Position numbers and translations under genes: made by a program. A model generated the notes under the pieces. The model worked only from the letters and a program-made list of their open reading frames with translations, had not been told where the DNA came from and ran no database searches. This document shows positions 19,204 to 23,912 of a DNA stretch of 23,912 nucleotides, one piece after another. The DNA comes from Chthoniobacteraceae bacterium (GTDB lineage: Bacteria > Verrucomicrobiota > Verrucomicrobiia > Chthoniobacterales > Chthoniobacteraceae): the NCBI GenBank assembly GCA_031409335.1, contig JANNWY010000209.1, positions 1-23,912 of the forward strand, written 5' to 3'. Every line of letters starts with the position of its first letter. Positions within the stretch are counted from its first letter, which is position 1.

Positions 19204-19800
19204 ATGGGAATGTTCGACACCATCCACGTCAAAACGCCGCTGCTTTGTCCCGCCTGCGGAGCTGAGGTGCGCAGCATTCAGACGAAGGAATTCGAGTGCA
19301 TCATGGCGCATCTCAAAATCGGCTCCGTGCTCTCCGGGAGTTCCGTCATGACGGGTATTGTCAAAGAAACCCTGTGGTGCGACGCGTGTTACCAAGCGCG
19401 CCGCGAGTCGGGCGACAAAACGGAACCGCCGCCGGAACCGCCCGTCTATCTCGTCATCTGGCACTCCATCCTCGCCGGCGTGGAGCAAGACCTCGCCCAA
19501 GCCGAAGCGCGGCTCGCCGCCGTGGACCGCCTCGATCTCATCGGCTGGCTCGACGAAGCCCAGCGCGATGCCGCCCGCTGGCACCGCCACTACCACGACC
19601 TCCACCACGACGTGCAACGCTGGCACGAACACCTCGCCCGCGCCGCCGCACCCGAGCCTGAAGCCGCCGACGAAAACGCCGAACGCCGCCGTGCCTTCCA
19701 GCGCATCTTCGATCTCCCGCAGGAAATCCTCAGCGCTCCCGACCCCCTCGCCGCCATCCTTGTGAGGAACAAATACGCGGACGAGGAAGCGGACGACTGA
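19204..19800 (+). CDS. Hypothetical protein with N-terminal Zn-ribbon-like Cys pairs and a helical C-terminus
   Basis: MGMFDT...CPACG...QTKEFEC...CDAC; GC3-biased codons. Confidence 0.75.
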   Translation: MGMFDTIHVKTPLLCPACGAEVRSIQTKEFECIMAHLKIGSVLSGSSVMTGIVKETLWCDACYQARRESGDKTEPPPEPPVYLVIWHSILAGVEQDLAQAEARLAAVDRLDLIGWLDEAQRDAARWHRHYHDLHHDVQRWHEHLARAAAPEPEAADENAERRRAFQRIFDLPQEILSAPDPLAAILVRNKYADEEADD

Positions 19801-20003
19801 AGCGCTTCCCCTACGCCGAGGTCCGGCAAATCTCTCCCCCTCCTGTCGAAACTTTTCGGCACGCACTGAGGAGGGGAACACCGTTCGCCACGGCGGGGGT
19901 GTCCTCTGGCTGCGCGCACCGACTCCCGCCCGCCGAACCCCCGCTCTCACAAAACGGAATTTCGCCCGTCAGAAACTGGCTGGCGGTAAGCTCGCCTCCG
20001 CTA

Positions 20004-20076
20004 GCGCCACCGCCTGACTCGCATCTTCGCCCATTCATGCATGCCGGAGCGGGTGCGGGAAGGTTTGCAGCAGCCG
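20004..20076. repeat. Left copy of an imperfect inverted repeat flanking the nuclease-helicase gene
   Basis: Core 20030-20062 matches the reverse complement of 22933-22965 at 31 of 33 nt; weaker similarity extends on both sides. Confidence 0.85.
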
Positions 20077-20100
20077 CCGAGACCTGCCCATTCTCCACCC

Positions 20101-22929
20101 ATGCTTTCGGCGGACGCCCTCAGAACCTGCCAATCGTGGCCGGAATTTCAGACGCGCCTCACCACGTTGTCGGACAAAGAGAAAGGCGATGCTTTCGAGT
20201 TGCTCGTCGTGCTGGCGTTGGAACTCCACCCGTTCTACGCAACAAAGCTCGAAAAAGTTTGGCTTCATTCCGCAGTGCCGTTTGAGGTGCGAGAGCATCT
20301 AGGAATCCCGCTCAAGGACTACGGCATCGACATCGTCGCGCTGACGTTCGAGGGCGACTATTGGGCAGTGCAGGCGAAGTATCGCGGTGAACGCGACGCC
20401 TCGCTGACGCACGAAGAACTCGCCACGTTCATGTCGCTCACCTTCGGTGTGTCCGCCCGTTTCGCCTACGGACTCGTCTGCACGACGACCGATCGCGTGA
20501 CGCATCTCCTCGAAGCCAACGCCCGCGTCGGATTCTGCAAAGCGGACTTCTGGGCGAGCCTCGACGAGGAGTTCTTCGCTTGCTTGAACGCACGCCTCGC
20601 GGGGCACCGGCAAATCCCAAACGCAAAGACACCCCGACCGGACCAGCGCGACGTAGTAGCCGCGGCGGCGCTTCACTTTGTCGATGCCGGCGAGACCCGC
20701 GGGAAGTTCATCAGCCCGTGCGGCTCGGGAAAGACGCTCACCGCTTGGTGGATCGCGGGCGCGTTGAATGCACGCCGCATCATCATCGCCGTGCCGAGCC
20801 TTTTCCTCGTGAGTCAGACGTTGAGTGTCTGGCTGCGCGAGGCGCTTGCGGGCGGGCTGCGCGTGAATTGGCTGTGTGTTTGTAGCGACGAATCCGCGGG
20901 CAAAGCTGAGCGCGATGAACTCGTCACCTACGTTCACGACCTTGGCATCCCGTGTGTCACCGACCCGGCCCGCATCATGACCGAAATGCGGAAAATGAAT
21001 GCTGCGCGCGAAATCATCCTCACGACTTATCAAAGCTCGCCGTCGCTCGCGCAGGCTGCAAAGGCGCTTGGCTGGCAATGCGATCTCGCCGTCTTCGACG
21101 AAGCGCACAAAACCGTCAGCACGAGGCGCAGCCGCTTCACGCACCTGCTTTTCGACGATCATCTCCCCATCGCGCGCCGCCTATTCATGACGGCGACGGA
21201 GCGCCGCTTCAAAGGCACCACCGACGAAGTTGTCTCGATGGACGACCCGAAACTCTATGGCTCCACGTTCCATCTCCTCTCATTCAAGGAAGCCCTCGAA
21301 CGCGGCATCCTCTGCGACTACGAGATTCTCACCATCGGCGTCCGCGAAGGTGAAGTCCGCAAGCTGATCGAGGAGCGTCGCTTCATCACTCCGAGCCGCG
21401 GCGAGTTCAACGCGATGACGGCCAACGCCTTCGCGAGCCTCATCGCGCTCCGGCGCGCGGTGGAAAAATTCGGCGTCTCTCATGCCGTTTCATTTCACAC
21501 GAGCATCCGGCGCGCAGCGGAGTTCCAGCAGCTCTCGCAGGAGTTCAATCAAGCGTTCCCAGAACAGCCTGCGATCCGCTCGTTTCACATCGCCGGCACG
21601 ATGCGGAGCACCGAGCGCGATTCCATCCTGCGCAACTTCGCCGCGCGCCCGCCGTCGCTCGTCACCAATGCGCGCTGTCTCACCGAAGGCGTGGACGTGC
21701 CCGGCATCGACTGCGTCATGTTTGTGGACCCGAAAGCAAGCACCGTGGACATCGTGCAAGCAGCGGGTCGCGCCATGCGCCGCGCCGACGACAAAGGCAA
21801 AACCAAGGCTTACATCGTCCTCCCGTTCGTCGTTCGAGAAGGCGCGTCCATCGACGACGCCGCGAAGAGCGCTGACTTCGGCTTCGTCGTCGCCGTGCTC
21901 CGCGCCCTCGCATCGCAGGACGAGCGCATCATCGACGAACTCCGCGCCATCCAGCGCGGACAACCCACGCGCACTGGACGCGTGCTGAATTTCGACATGA
22001 GCGCGATCGTCCCGGAGGAAGTGAATGCGGATGAATTCGTGCAAGGCATCGAGTTGCAATGCTGGGGCAAGCTACGACGGCTTGCGTGGATGACGTATGA
22101 GGAAGCATCGGATTTCGTGCAAAGCATTGGCGTGTTATCGCAGAAGCAGTGGAAAGCATGGCGTGCCGGTCACCGTCCCGATTTGCCAACACCGCCGGCA
22201 GAAATGCCCGCCAGTCCTCATGACGCGTATGCCGGGCGCGGATGGACGACTTGGGGTGCATTCTTCGGCACTGGGAATGAATCGACAAAATACATCGTTC
22301 ACCTGCCATTCGAGGAGGCGCGATCAATCGTCCGCCAAGTCGGGCTCAAGAGCCCCAATGAGTGGTTTCTTTACAGCGTAGGAAGGCTACCGGGACAACC
22401 GCGCCGACCACACAACATTCCCTCGCGACCGCACGACAGCTATGGCGACGCGTGGATCAGTTGGCCGGATTTTCTTGGATACGAACCGAAACTAAATCGG
22501 CGGTGGCTTCCGTTTCTTGAAGCACGCTCGTTCGCTCGTAGTCTCAAGCTACCAGGCCAGAAAGCATGGAAGAGATACTCCGCCGGACGGATGCCGCACT
22601 TGCCGCAACTCCCGAAGAACATCCCAACCGCACCCGATAGCGTTTATGCCGAAAACGGCTGGGTGAACTACGGCGACTGGCTCGGAACCGGAAACACGAA
22701 GTTCCGCCGTGTCACACCCCGAGAGTTTCACGCCGCGCGTGAATTCGCTCGCTCGCTCAGACTGTCGAAACCGAGTGAATGGAAACAGTTCAGCTCCCGT
22801 AAACTTCCCTGCATTCAAAAGCGCCCGCTCGACATCCCGAGCGAACCCCAAAAAACCTACGCTGGCAAAGGCTGGGTCGGATGGGATGACTGGCTCGGCC
22901 GCCCATCGAGCCAGTCGGCTGCTGTTTGA
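20101..22929 (+). CDS. Mrr-like restriction endonuclease + SF2 (DEAH) helicase + four Trp-rich C-terminal repeats; no methyltransferase
   Basis: KGDAFE, DYGIDIVA, AVQAKY (PD-(D/E)xK, QxK variant); PCGSGKT, DEAH, TAT, LTEGVDVPGID, QAAGRAMR; repeats at 22087-22899. ATG 20101 preferred because 20041 lies in the flanking repeat. Confidence 0.88.
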   Translation: MLSADALRTCQSWPEFQTRLTTLSDKEKGDAFELLVVLALELHPFYATKLEKVWLHSAVPFEVREHLGIPLKDYGIDIVALTFEGDYWAVQAKYRGERDASLTHEELATFMSLTFGVSARFAYGLVCTTTDRVTHLLEANARVGFCKADFWASLDEEFFACLNARLAGHRQIPNAKTPRPDQRDVVAAAALHFVDAGETRGKFISPCGSGKTLTAWWIAGALNARRIIIAVPSLFLVSQTLSVWLREALAGGLRVNWLCVCSDESAGKAERDELVTYVHDLGIPCVTDPARIMTEMRKMNAAREIILTTYQSSPSLAQAAKALGWQCDLAVFDEAHKTVSTRRSRFTHLLFDDHLPIARRLFMTATERRFKGTTDEVVSMDDPKLYGSTFHLLSFKEALERGILCDYEILTIGVREGEVRKLIEERRFITPSRGEFNAMTANAFASLIALRRAVEKFGVSHAVSFHTSIRRAAEFQQLSQEFNQAFPEQPAIRSFHIAGTMRSTERDSILRNFAARPPSLVTNARCLTEGVDVPGIDCVMFVDPKASTVDIVQAAGRAMRRADDKGKTKAYIVLPFVVREGASIDDAAKSADFGFVVAVLRALASQDERIIDELRAIQRGQPTRTGRVLNFDMSAIVPEEVNADEFVQGIELQCWGKLRRLAWMTYEEASDFVQSIGVLSQKQWKAWRAGHRPDLPTPPAEMPASPHDAYAGRGWTTWGAFFGTGNESTKYIVHLPFEEARSIVRQVGLKSPNEWFLYSVGRLPGQPRRPHNIPSRPHDSYGDAWISWPDFLGYEPKLNRRWLPFLEARSFARSLKLPGQKAWKRYSAGRMPHLPQLPKNIPTAPDSVYAENGWVNYGDWLGTGNTKFRRVTPREFHAAREFARSLRLSKPSEWKQFSSRKLPCIQKRPLDIPSEPQKTYAGKGWVGWDDWLGRPSSQSAAV

Positions 22930-22992
22930 CCACTTCCCGCACCCGCTCCGGGGTGCATGAATGGGTGAGGATGCGGGTCCGGGGATGGTCGC
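22916..22992. repeat. Right copy of the inverted repeat, overlapping the helicase stop codon
   Basis: Reverse complement of 20004-20076; internal palindrome gcaccc-gctccg-gggtgc. Confidence 0.85.
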
Positions 22993-23306
22993 ACGTGAAA
23001 CTCGCTCGACCCCGGCTGATTTCCGGCAGCCGGCGTGCTGCGGGGGATGAGGAACGGATGCGTTGCGCAGACTACGGCCTGCGCGGGATCTCCAGTTCCA
23101 ACCCATCCACGCTGGGGAGGCAGCCGCGGATGCTCGGGTGGTGGATCGTGAGCCCGGGCTTGTCGCCGGGCCAGCCGGGGCGACCGGCGGCTTTCGCGAA
23201 GGCGACGCCGATGATGCCCGCGATGGAGAATTTTGCGGCTATGTCCCAGCCGGGCGTTTTAAGCTGCCGCTTGCCGGAACGCCTGCGATGCGCCTACTTT
23301 GCCCCG

Positions 23307-23519
23307 ATGAAAACGTTCACACTCGAACTTCCCGACCCGCTGGCCGCTGCGCTCGATGACGCGGTGGTGGACGGCGGTTTCCGGGATGCCGGGGAAGTCG
23401 CCCGCGAAGCGTTGCGGGATTACTTGAGCCATCGCCGGTTTGCTTTGCAGGAGCGGCATCAGATGGACGACATCGCGGCGGCGCTCGCTGAGGTCGAACC
23501 ACCGCAGCCTTCGCGGTGA
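23307..23519 (+). CDS. Ribbon-helix-helix (CopG/ParD-like) antitoxin
   Basis: MKTFTLELPDPLAAALDDAVVDGGFRDAGEVAREALRDYL; 70 aa. Confidence 0.8.
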   Translation: MKTFTLELPDPLAAALDDAVVDGGFRDAGEVAREALRDYLSHRRFALQERHQMDDIAAALAEVEPPQPSR

Positions 23520-23653
23520 GGCTGTTTGTCGCCGATACCGGGCCGTTGCTGCATCTTCATCAAATCGGGGCCACGCAGTTGCTCCCGCAACTCGGTCTCG
23601 TCGGACCGCTCGACCCACGGGGCTGGCTTGCTCTCCAGCGCGGCACTGGCTAG
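23516..23653 (+). pseudogene. Truncated PIN-domain toxin (DUF3368/VapC-like N-terminus)
   Basis: GTG overlaps the antitoxin stop (GTGA); translates LFVADTGPLLHLHQIGATQLLPQL and stops after 45 aa. Not in the ORF track. Confidence 0.7.
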
Positions 23654-23663
23654 AGTCCGGGTC

Positions 23664-23912
23664 ATGAGCCTCACGATTTCGCTTCCGGACGACTTTGCTG
23701 ATGTGCTCGGCTCTTCGGATGAGGAACGGGCGCGGCGGGCGCGCGAGGCGCTCGCGCTGGATCTGTATCGCGAGGGGAAAATCTCGCTGCGCCGGATGGG
23801 TGAACTGGCCGGGGTGGGCGGGGACTACTGGTCGGCGGAGAATTTCCGGGTGCAGCACAAGGTGCCGTTGAATTACTCGGTCGAGGATCTCGAGGCGGAC
23901 CGGCTGGCTGCT
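23664..23912 (+). CDS. UPF0175-family antitoxin, runs off the window end
   Basis: MSLTISLPDD...AREALALDLYREGKISLRRMGELAGV...VPLNYSVEDLEAD; no stop within the window. Not in the ORF track. Confidence 0.85.
   Translation, partial: MSLTISLPDDFADVLGSSDEERARRAREALALDLYREGKISLRRMGELAGVGGDYWSAENFRVQHKVPLNYSVEDLEADRLAA

Noticed and set aside
22926..23306. N-terminal extension of the RHH ORF and a possible minus-strand gene fragment
   Set aside because: It is partly repeat-derived and has no recognisable motif.

Overview
High-GC bacterial window. The gene content (PSCyt/DUF1587 cytochrome remnant, GTAG/palindromic repeats, TSP3-repeat surface protein) suggests Verrucomicrobia/PVC; this is inference. 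Left to right: (1) a 5'-truncated large protein with Ca-binding TSP3-like repeats and a C-terminal HEXXH motif, translationally coupled to a secreted, C-terminally membrane-anchored partner (toxin/immunity-like pair); (2) a sugar-acid catabolism pair (Zn-dependent dehydrogenase, DapA-like enzyme); (3) a nitrogen cluster in which sigma54-promoted P-II and sigma54-promoted glutamine synthetase II enclose an opposite-strand operon of a minimal 131-aa kinase and a PP2C phosphatase. The P-II carries the cyanobacterial-type Ser49, making this a candidate P-II phosphorylation switch and the top finding; (4) a secreted protein, a decayed cytochrome gene, a frameshifted REP-associated tyrosine transposase with three cognate GTAG REPs, surE and a signal-peptide ATP-dependent DNA ligase; (5) a DUF1186/SEC-C fusion, an internally duplicated hypothetical protein, ferredoxin and LysR; (6) a defence/TA-rich end with a frameshifted DUF6036-like nucleotidyltransferase pair, a Zn-ribbon protein, a methylase-less Mrr-type nuclease/SF2 helicase with four C-terminal Trp-rich repeats bracketed by inverted repeats, and two TA modules. 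Family assignments are from motif recognition only; no searches were run.
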